A stretch of DNA of 10,541 bases from Selaginella moellendorffii (taxonomy: Eukaryota > Plantae > Lycopodiophyta), in NCBI RefSeq assembly GCF_000143415.4, contig NW_003314591.1, positions 1-10,541 of the forward strand. Direction: 5' to 3'. Position 1 is the first letter of the stretch; every line of letters starts with the position of its first letter. Below, piece by piece: positions 1 to 9,106 of this stretch. Below the pieces are notes generated by a model, which saw nothing but the letters and a program-made list of their open reading frames with translations, ran no database searches and was not told the origin of the DNA. The position numbers were made by a program, and so were the translations under genes.

Positions 1-90
1 AAAAAAAGGCAAAAAAAAGGGAAGACGGCAGTGCAGCGTCTCCTGAGGGGTCACTAAAGGTACTGCATACTCCCTTCTTGACTTTTGCAG

Positions 91-404
91 TACGCAGCTC
101 TGAGGCGGAAGATCGGTGGCACCTACAAGGATTTCTTCAAAGAATCAATCGATGGTATTTACAAGTCCCTTTCTTATTTGAGTGTTTTTTTCTCCTCGGG
201 TCTTTTCATTTTCGTCCTCATGCCAAGGTATTGCGTGATCAATCAGTGAAGGGTGCGTACGTTGAAACTGGATGGGTGGACAAGCGATGCAAAGTTTGTG
301 GCAAGGACACATCGAAAGAGCCACGCTCCAAAGATAAGCTCGGGCGGTAGTGCTTGGAATCAAACTCTTCCACGAGTTTCTTTGGTCGCCTATTTGGGAG
401 GTGA
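91..404 (+). pseudogene. 3' exons (91-154, 247-404) of a small conserved plant protein (At4g28025-like, recalled), with a premature in-frame TAG at 348-350; possibly a truncated allele
   Basis: Acceptor ttttgcag|91. Exon 91-154 reads YAALRRKIGGTYKDFFKESID. Phase-1 GT..AG intron 155-246 (92 nt). The next exon reads VKGAYVETGWVDKRCKVCGKDTSKEPRSKDKLGR*CLESNSSTSFFGRLFGR*. This resembles a plant protein I recall as ...LRRxxGGTYKDFFKSYVEVDGQYVEEGWVDKTCKVCKKDT...DKLGRYxHxxCLE...FFxRLF. The family assignment is from memory. Upstream exons lie outside the window. Confidence 0.7.
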
Positions 405-709
405 CCATTTCATGCAATATCTTTCTATATCCACTTCCACCATTTCTAGAAAATATCTATTTCCACATCCACCATCTAAACTAGGAGAAAGTCTTACCTC
501 CACAACTGATCCTGGATAGACGTTTTTAGATTACTTTTCTTCCACATGAATTGATACATTGTTATATTGATCAGTTGTGTCATTGAATGGCTAGCATAGC
601 AATTGAGTGTGTCGAGAATAGTATTCTAGCGTCACACCCGAAATTATGATAGTTTCCTGGAGAGGAAGCAAACTTTATGGAAGAAACAAGCTGGTATGAG
701 CTAATGTTT

Positions 710-2275
710 CTAGTAAACGTGAGAATCCAGCCTCGGGATTGGGATAGCCACAAGAGGTTGACTCTTTTGACAAACCAGTCCAAATGTTTGATCCATGTTC
801 AGCTTTGCCGGATCATCAAGATCTCCATCCAGCTTCCAGTCAAATCCTTGAACGAGCGTTGCAATACCCATCTGGACAGCATCAAATCCAAGCTTTGCAC
901 CGGGACAAACTCTCCTCCCTGTTCCAAACGGAAGTAAGTTGAAATTTTGGCCAAAGACATCGATGTCTGGCAAGTCGATGAAACGCTGCGGCCGAAACTC
1001 AAGAGGATCTTTCCAAAACCTCTCGTCCAGACCGATCGAGTAGCTACTGATGTAGATCACAGTCCCGTCCAGGAGGGTGTAGCCATCGAGCTCGATTGGG
1101 CCTCCTTGGACGATCTTGGGAAGAGCTAGCGGAGCCACTGACCGGAGCCTCATTGTTTCCTTGGCTATGGCCTCGACGTATGGAAGCTTTGCGATGTCCG
1201 ACTCGTCCACAAGCTTTTCTTTGCCGACAATTGCATCAATCTGGCTCCGAGCTCTCGAGAATTCGGCTGGATGCCGGAGAAGCTCGGCCATGGCCCATTC
1301 CAGCGAGAGAGCCGAAGTATCCACAGCACCCAGCAAAATGTCCTGTGGGATTCATCCAGCGTTAAAGAAGAACAACTTTGACCAAGAGAAACTTACGAGC
1401 AGAAGTGTGATTTTGGTCGTGTTTGAGAGCTTCTCTCCCATCGAGATGAGCACGTCGATGAAAGCCATGGGCTCGTCGCTGGTGAAAACCGGAGGATCCT
1501 CTTGCCGGTCTCGTAAGATCGACAAGAGGTGCCTGTTTATCCGGTCCATGAGCTGCTTGTATTTCTTCTCCAGGCCTTGGACGTCCAGCCAGCGAATTCC
1601 AGGGATGTAATCGCTCACATTGAAAACTCCAGCCAGCCTAACCGTCTCCACGATCGCTTGCACGAACTCGTCGACATTCGCAGTGTTCTTGTGGTGTCCA
1701 CAGAAGCGCTTCCCGAATAGCATGTAAGTTATCACGTTCATGTTCATGTTGTGGAGCTTTTGCCGCAGGAGGACCGGATTCCCTCGCTCGTAACTGAGAG
1801 ATCGAGCGAGACGGCACTGCTCCTCGCGACGGATTCCATCGTAAACTTTGAGCTTGGTTGGGGAGAGCAAGTGAGTGTTGATGAGCTTCCTGTAGAGCTT
1901 CACTTCCGGAGTGTATTGGCTGAAAACTAGACCATTGTAGTCGTTTTCAAAGTATTTCCCGCAGATCAGTGGAGCTCTGGAGGCAAACTCGAGACCATGG
2001 CGCTTGAAAATCTCTCTGGCAGCTCTCTCGGAGCTGATTATGACTGTGGACACGCTGCCGAGCTTCAAGTGCATCACATCGCCGTATCTCTTGGAGAGTT
2101 TGTGGAGTGAAATGTGAGGGAGCGAGCCGAGCTTGTGGAGACAGCCAATGACTGGCAAGTTGAGTGGTCCTGGAGGGAGATTTCCTGGAGGATTTCTTCT
2201 TCTAGTAGAAGAAAACCAGAGAGCTGCAGCAAGCAGCACTAAGGCACTCAAACTTGGGAGGGAGAGAAGATCCAT
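710..2275 (-). CDS. Cytochrome P450, A-type/CYP71 clan; join(2275..1397, 1342..710), about 503 aa
   Basis: ATG at 2275 (MDLLSLPSLSALVLLAAALW membrane anchor), proline hinge LPPGPLNLPVIGCLH, FASRAP, I-helix DILLGAVDTSA, K-helix ETMR, PERF-like FRPQRF and heme motif PFGTGRRVCPG. Exon 1 is 879 nt and exon 2 is 633 nt including the stop, joined in frame by a phase-0 intron. Confidence 0.95.
1343..1396 (-). other. 54-nt phase-0 intron of the P450
   Basis: Minus strand CTC|GTAAGT...CCACAG|GAC. It falls just before the I-helix core, the conserved intron position in A-type plant P450s. Confidence 0.92.
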
Positions 2276-2479
2276 GAATGGAAGGAAAAACACAGCAGTG
2301 ATAAGTCGTACACTAAATGGGAATGGGAATGAGGTCTTGCTTTTCCTTGACTTTGTCTCATCCCAGTAACAATATGGAGGCAGCGAGCCAATGCGTTGTC
2401 TTAGAAGTCGTGTCTGAGTTAAGGTTTTAGAGGACGGCATCGCAGGTTTAATGCCCAAGAGAATTCTGTGTATGGTTTG

Positions 2480-2579
2480 NNNNNNNNNNNNNNNNNNNNN
2501 NNNNNNNNNNNNNNNNNNNNNNNNNNNNNNNNNNNNNNNNNNNNNNNNNNNNNNNNNNNNNNNNNNNNNNNNNNNNNNN
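2480..2579. other. Assembly gap (100 N)
   Basis: Run of exactly 100 N, typically a placeholder of unknown true size, so the distance across it is unknown. Confidence 0.99.
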
Positions 2580-3221
2580 TTGTTTAGGAATGTTGTTGAT
2601 GTATAAGAGATTTTAGATATGCTATGATGTGTGATTGTGTTAGCTCAATTTGATCCTTTAGACTGGTTTATCCATAACTTTTAAATCAGTTATTATCAAT
2701 CACTCTTTATATCAAACACTACAAAAACAAAAAGAAAATTTCCTTTGTTCAATTTTATATTTCTATTTAGGTGCTAAAACATAAAATATGTAATATAATG
2801 GTAGAGTTATGTTACAGAAGAATAAAATGGCATTACACTATAGGAAAATAATGTCTATGAGCTTGAGTGAATTTTGTAGTTTAATAACTTTGATAATGAG
2901 GTAATGATTTCATCAAGATATGTTATTCTTTTTTTTATTCTTTTTCTTTGCCTTATTATGTTTTATGTTTTTATTTTTCTTTATCATTTTTAAACTATTT
3001 ACTCTTCTATGTGTGTTATATCAAGTGTCTGAAATGGGCAGGTTAGAGTGTTTAAGAATTCCCTAGCATCTACAACTTTGTCTCCTTAAAATTTTGTAAT
3101 TAGTTTTTTTTTTAAAATAAATGAAAAAATCTAAAATTATTAAAAAGTAATTAAAAAATTTAGAAAAAGTATAAGTGTGGAAAATGATTAACATACTAAA
3201 AAGATCAAAAGAATGCATTAC

Positions 3222-3640
3222 TGTCACGAATGTGACTTCGGGCATCGAAAATTATCCATCAGCCAGTCTTTTCGGACACTCTTTCCTTATTGCCACGATG
3301 GCAGAAGGTTGGTATTGCTAGATCTATTATTAATCTCTGCCTAAGCTAGTTAAGAAACTAGTCCTCGTGTGTGCACTTGGCCAGATGAGCATAAGGAAGG
3401 AATTCCTAAATATTTATTTAGTCAAACATACTTGACTTGGTTAAAGAAACTCATTCGTTGACTTGCACTTGCTAGTGTTGGGAACCCCCGTGATATTAAA
3501 CTTGGTCCCTCAATATTCGCTAAATGATAGCTTACCGTGTTTGCCAAACACCCTCACTATCATGCCCTTTGTGTTAATCTCATTCCGGTCCCAAATGCTA
3601 TTTATGGAAAGTGTCTAGATTTGCTCATTTGGCATATCTA
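3222..3640 (+). repeat. 5' LTR, truncated to its first 419 bp
   Basis: Aligns without gaps to 7967-8385 with 40 mismatches in 419 bp (about 90.5% identity, counted by hand). Similarity ends abruptly after ggcatatcta. Confidence 0.93.
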
Positions 3641-3676
3641 TCTAATGTTCACTCTAATGTTCTATCTAATGTTCAC
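3641..3676 (+). repeat. 3x12-bp tandem repeat at the LTR deletion junction
   Basis: TCTAATGTTCAC TCTAATGTTCTA TCTAATGTTCAC begins immediately where LTR homology ends. Confidence 0.9.
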
Positions 3677-6600
3677 ATTATGCAATCAAGAGTCCCTACT
3701 TTGATGCATGTTAGAAGTGATGGTCTTACAAGTGGTGAATATTGAAATGGATAGCGGTGAAGCGCTAAACCATTTTTGTCTAGGCTTGCTATTGGAAGAC
3801 TTGGGTTGCAATGCTCAATTCTTTTCCAAAGAACTTTGCTATTGCTCCTTGAGTAACTTGGTGTTAGATTAGTTTTGAGTTTGGTTCGAAAGAGAGTGAC
3901 ATGAGCTTGTTCATGTTGTGAACAAAAGTTAGTGGTGTTGGGTGTTGTAAATTTCTATTGGTGGAGTGTGGCATTTATGTTGCATTTTATCAAATCGAGT
4001 TGGCATTTGATATTTATATAAACATTTGAAGTAATGACATGGGCATTGCTCATAGTGTTGCTCAATGGATGATCAAGTCATTGTGATACATACTTATATC
4101 ATATCCATTTGATAATAAACAATGTGTTTATGAAATTGCTTGGTTAAATGATGATCAACTCCAAAGTGGTTGATGGTGAAACTAGTATACTTGCATGAAG
4201 TAGCATTATAATAGCTTTGACTGGATTCTCGATAGTGGTTTATTATGCTAAGTTTAAGCTGGTATCTTGTTTCCTTGAGTTTGCCCATTAAGGTGTTGGA
4301 AAGAGTTATAGCATTCACTTGCTATGGCTTGTCGATTGATCCGTTAGCACTTGGAGTAAATTGTTGGATGGAGAAAATGTGTAGTTAGGGCATTGATATC
4401 ACTAACACTTATGTTGGTGGAAGTGGCATTGTTATTTCGAGTGATGAGGAATTTTCCTTAAATTTTGATTTTTCAAGTCATTTTTCTTATTAGTGTTTTG
4501 GCTTCACATTGGATCTTGAAGGTGATTGAAGAAGAGTGTTAGTGCAATGTGGATATTCAAAGATGTGGTCTTTGTGATCAAGCCTTGGATTCACTTTGCA
4601 TTTTGCGGATATCAGTGTTGGATATCGAAAATATGGGCAAAGATGTTTGCTGCTTAAACATACTATGGGTCATAAGAATTAGTGTTGAGGTGAACCTATA
4701 TGAAGTTGTTAATAAGAGGAAGTTGGTTGAGTCTTGAAAGTTTGCATTCCTAGACTGAGAGTCATTTTTTTTCTAGGATGGAATCTTTTCCACAAATTTT
4801 CTTAGACTTTTCCAATGGCTAATCTGTTGATCACTTTGCCTGAAAACCATTCCATTTTCGTAAGCTAATACAAACTAGTGAAGGGGTTGGAGTTGACTTC
4901 AATTAGCTTAGATATTAGTATGTAGTTTGTATGATGCGGCTTGAAAGGGATGCTAACTTTTAAAGCTAAATCAATTGAGTTGGATAGAGTCTGGAGTTGG
5001 TGTAGAAAAGTGGCCGTTGCACTTTTCTAAGAAGGGTGACCCTTATGCCTTTCTTCTGTAATATTATGTTTGGTGGCAGGTTGCATTTTGCATTTTATTA
5101 GACTCTATAAGAGTAGTGAGCTCTCACTGATCCTGATTTAGTCTTGGTGGCTCTGTGCCTTGGCTGAGGATAATGATGTCCAACTTAATTGTTTAATATT
5201 GAGATGTTGGTACCTGTACTATAGCTTTGTTTATGAGGAGGTTGTGTACCGATATAAGTTCATCTCATGGTCTTTACTTTAGTTTTTGTTGAGTGTTGAT
5301 CATGCATAGCTAGCCTCTTCAAAGCATGCTCAGAGCTATTGATTAGATGTGTTGGTGAACTTATTGCGGTTGAGTTGGATTCGAGTGGTCATTTAGTTTA
5401 TGCTTGTCCATGAATCTTTATCTCATACCTGGGGTATTATGTTCATATTGGATAAGTATATGACTCGATGACGTGAGTTAGTGTTAGGTCTTGTGAAGGC
5501 AAGTTAAAGAGTGATTATTGGTTGTTTTGTGACTAGTGGTTGCTGGTAGACTTTGTTAAGGAATATGACACTTGCTTTACTTGATGATGATTTAGCAGTG
5601 ATGGGCTTGCTTTACTGGATGGTGTTGCGGAGTATCGTGTCATAGCTTGCATAGGTTTTCCATATTGGCATGTCAATTCTATCTTTGTCGATATCATTTG
5701 GTTGTATTTAGTCTGTAGTGTTGGATTTCATTGAGTCTTGGACGTGGTGAATCACTCCTTGATGAAGTGTTATCTGTAACTGAGTTTTGCTGAAGGATTA
5801 GTCTTAGATACTAGGAATAGTATCTTCGACTTTGGTTAGCTTGGTTGCAAGAGAGTTTTGAGTGGTGATTCACTTTTGCTTTCTTCTAGCTTTGTCCTAG
5901 TGTTGATAACGTTGAAGTGATGCTTTGTGGTTGACATTGTTGATATTGAGATTCAAGTGAAATGAAATGTCTTTCCTTAGAATTGATATTGAGTTTCATT
6001 AGTCTTGAAGAAGATAGTGTTGATGATTTGGCTAAAGCTTTGTGTTATTGGCATTCATGCATTTGCTAGTTAGCAACTATGTTGACATTCAAATGAACTG
6101 AGTAGTAAGTTTGAGTTAGTTGTGTTCTAGACAAGATTGTTTAGTAGGGGTTGAGTTTTGAGCTTTTCCTTAAAAAGTGATTTAGTCATGGACGACGCTA
6201 ACTCTACAAGCGAAAGAGTTAGTGATCGATATTAAAATATTTGAATCCTTGTTAGATTTGAGTTGGGATATATTGATCATTGGTGATTCTTTTTTTACTT
6301 GCTATGAAGTAAATTACGTCTTGTTATAGATGGATTCATGGAGGATTGTTTAGTGATCACTTGTTGAGCATAACTTCATTGTGCTTGGCTTTTGGATTGA
6401 TACAAATATGCTCTTCATTAGCTTTATATTATGAAGTTTGACTTCTAGATATGTTAAGAAGGATATTGTAGGTTGTACCATAATTTCTTCTTTAGCATTA
6501 AAGTTAGTTCATGCAAAACTTGTGATCATTGTTAGGCAAGACTTGGCTATAGGCTTCTTTGAGCTTTTGGTTCTTTGAGTTTTTGTGCTCATTGTTCCAT

Positions 6601-7953
6601 TTGTTAAAAGTTGTTGGGGAAGGCATTTTGGCTCTTAGCTTCGATGTTGAAGTTAGTATTTACATTTAGCACTCATTGGTGATGATTGACTATCATCTAG
6701 GATAGTTGATTATCCTTGTCAAAGGTTTTGTTTGATTATTATTGATATAGAATGGTTTGCCGTTGTTCAAGATGGTGGATTCTTTCTTCGATGATGATTA
6801 TGCATCTCTCTATTGATGGTATGATTAATGATCTTTTTTGATGGTTAGTTGTTTTCTTTGATGGCTTATGGCTTTTTGCAATACTACATGTTCTTTGTGG
6901 TTTGCTTTGGATTGGTCTCTTGGGTTTTAGACATCAACATGATGTTGCTAACACTTGCTTAGGCAACTTAAATTCCTTTGTATTGTTGACCATGATCTAT
7001 TCAAATTGGCTGGTGCGATGGTTAACATAACTAAATGTTTGTTGGTCTTACCACATTTATTCTGTTCTGTTGATCATTGCTTGAGTTAGTTCTGATAGAT
7101 TGGGATGTTATTTCCTTTGGGTAATCCATTCGCGAGCATTATGCTTATCAGTCAATAATACTTTGTGTTCTTTAAGTTATCTTTAGTAAGTTGTTTAGCT
7201 TACTGTCTATTATCTTTGGTAGTTAAGTTTCATCATTGAGTTTACTTGATGATATACTTGCTATTGAATTTTAATGGATGGTGAATCCTATATTTTTCCA
7301 ATAATAGTGATCTTGGTGGTTCCTATCCTATAATACTGGTTTATCAGATAATAACTTACTTGGAATACTTTTGTGTTCTAATCTAAGATATATTCATTGA
7401 TAATTAAATCTCTAAGATATCATTGTCTATGACTTTGATATTGTCTATCTATTGATCTTTGAGTTTGGGCCAGTATAGGCAGACTGGCTTCGGCACTTCA
7501 TGTGCATGTTGAAATCTTTAGTCATGGGGTAGCTATTGTTGACTGGTTATATAACCTGCCTCTTTGTCGATGTTCTTTATTCCGTTAAAAGGGCGTGACC
7601 GTGTAAACAACTCTAACTACCTATTTATAGTAGTGTTTGGTTTCTTTGCTCATGAGGGTTGGGGCCTCTAGCTTCTCTCTCTATGTCCTTGCGGGTAGGG
7701 GCATATCACACTTTTGTAAGCTGAGTGACACCCAGCGCAACAAGGGTGGCTAACTCCATTAGTCATTTCCTTGTCGACGACGGCCAGAAGGTGTCTGAGT
7801 TGGTAGCACATTTGCGTTAGACAAAGAGGTTACCTAACTCATTTAAGTTGGTGCATTTCTCACATAGTGTGAATACCGTGAACTTTTTCTGGAGTTGTTT
7901 CCTTGGCGGTATTCTAGACTGGAGTATGCATCGACAAGGACATCAATCTTCCT
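3677..7953 (+). pseudogene. Heavily decayed gag-pol polyprotein relic (PR, RT, INT)
   Basis: Short translatable relics: YV-GGSGI at 4410-4430 (protease DGGS-like, Asp codon missing); YEEVVYRYKFI at 5232-5264 and FISYLGYYV at 5417-5443 (RT); TCDHC*AR near 6518-6541 (integrase zinc-binding CxxC); IVDYPCQRFCL at 6702-6734 (start of the integrase core). Many stops and frameshifts, no long ORF, and no readable YxDD. Confidence 0.7.
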
Positions 7954-7966
7954 AAGGGGGGGAGAG
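7954..7966 (+). other. Polypurine tract (PPT)
   Basis: AAGGGGGGGAGAG directly abuts the TG start of the 3' LTR, which fixes the element orientation as +. Confidence 0.9.
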
Positions 7967-9106
7967 TGTCGCGAATGTAACTTCGGGTATCGAAAGTTAT
8001 CTGTCGGCCAGTCCTTTCAGACACTCTTTCCTTACTGCCATGATGGCAAGAGGTCGGTATTGCTGGACTTGTTATTGGTCTCCCCTTAAGCTAGTTGAGA
8101 AACTGATCCTCACGTGTGCACTTGACCAAATGAGCATAAAGAAGGAATTCCTAAATGTTTATTTAGTCAAGCATACTTGACCTGGTTAAAGAAACTCATT
8201 CGTTGACTTGCACTTGCTAGTGTTGGGAACCCCCATAATATTAAACTTGGTCCCTCAATATTCACTAAATGATAGCTTACCGTGTCTGCCAAACACCCTC
8301 GCTATCATGCCCTTTGTGTTAATCTCATTCTGGTCCCAAATGCTATTTATGGAAAGTGTCTAGATTTGCTCATTTGGCATATCTACGGAATGTAGAGTTT
8401 GGCTTGCACACAATAGTGTTCGTCCAGTGTCCAAATTCGCATTTTAGCGCCATTCCATATTTAGTAAATTTCAAGTTTGTCCCAGAGACTAACTCTTGGT
8501 ACTAAGGGAGGCTTGGGGTGAAAGCTCAAAGTGTGTGTTCCTCAGAGGGGGGGTCCTAAATGTAGGGATAGTGGGAAGGTCGTGCATGGCCGACTAACCT
8601 AAAGCATAGTCTAGCTCCCGCTTGCGTGCCTATCCTTGTTCTGCGTCCGGCTTGGGTCTAAGCCCAAGTTCCATTCCATACTAACTGGTAGAGTACCCAT
8701 ATCCTGACATTAGGTTACCGGTATGCCAAAATAGCACCAGACTCCGTTTAGCTCCATTTTGCGTGCTGGTCATGGCATTGGGATATTGGTTGCTCTAGGA
8801 TTGTTCCAAGTCGCTCCGGGCTCCTGTCCCTTTGCTCCTTAGGCTGTATGCTCGAGAGTTGCTCCGTGGTCCGGTTCCAACACTCCTTGGCTCCATGCTT
8901 AGGGGTTTGACATCGTTCCTTTGTTCAGTGGCCCAAGGCTCTGAACCTCGGGTTCCACACCACTGTCCTATGGACATGTGGTATGTGACACGTGGTATGT
9001 GACATGCGGCATATATCACGTAGCACAAAAAGGGTTTAAGTTCCGCTTCGTGGTTATCCTATAATAAATCACCATAGGATAAAGGGTCAAAACCACGTGC
9101 GCTACA
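7967..9106 (+). repeat. 3' LTR, full length (1140 bp)
   Basis: Termini TGTCGCG...CGCTACA form an imperfect inverted repeat (6/7). Preceded by the PPT and followed by the TSD ATTAC. Confidence 0.9.
8973..9025 (+). promoter_or_regulatory. 14-bp-period tandem array of G-box/ABRE-like units in the LTR
   Basis: GACATGTGGTATGT GACACGTGGTATGT GACATGCGGCATAT ATCACGTAGCA. The inferred ancestral unit GACACGTGGCATGT contains the ABRE core ACACGTGGC. The repeat is seen directly and the regulatory role is inferred. Confidence 0.55.

Larger units (their letters stand above)
3222..9106 (+). mobile_element. Degenerate Ty3/gypsy LTR retrotransposon (non-autonomous, 5' LTR partly deleted)
   Basis: Starts TGTCACG (3222) and ends CGCTACA (9106). 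5-bp TSD ATTAC at 3217-3221 and 9107-9111. Direct repeats 3222-3640 and 7967-8385. PPT abuts the right LTR. Protease, RT and integrase relics occur in gypsy order on the + strand. Confidence 0.92.

Noticed and set aside
78-519. ORFs 78-350, 145-417 and 253-519 as unspliced genes
   Set aside because: Only part of 78-350 is real exon. The spliced model explains the conserved motifs and the rest reads through intron or off-frame.
677-2369. Short ORFs overlapping the P450 (677-937, 799-1002, 947-1129, 1096-1365, 1116-1610, 1529-1720, 2133-2369)
   Set aside because: They are antisense or alternative-frame shadows of a GC-rich coding region with no recognisable motifs.
2276-2458. 61-aa N-terminal extension of the P450 in the ORF track
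   Set aside because: It relies on a non-ATG start. The membrane anchor and proline hinge follow the ATG at 2275, giving a normal length of about 503 aa.
710-2458. Two separate P450 ORFs or a frameshifted pseudogene
   Set aside because: A canonical 54-nt phase-0 intron joins them into one open frame.
3641-3720. tRNA primer-binding site after the 5' LTR
   Set aside because: No TGG-initiated tRNA-complementary tract follows. The LTR end and PBS appear deleted.
4017-4060. Gag CCHC zinc-knuckle relic (..KH....GH...C)
   Set aside because: It needs too many assumed mutations to list as a feature.
3063-9028. Small ORFs at 3063, 4094, 4549, 7895 and 8795
   Set aside because: They lie in AT-rich DNA, decayed TE interior or LTR sequence and have no coherent domain. 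The 4549 ORF may include some pol relic but is not a gene.
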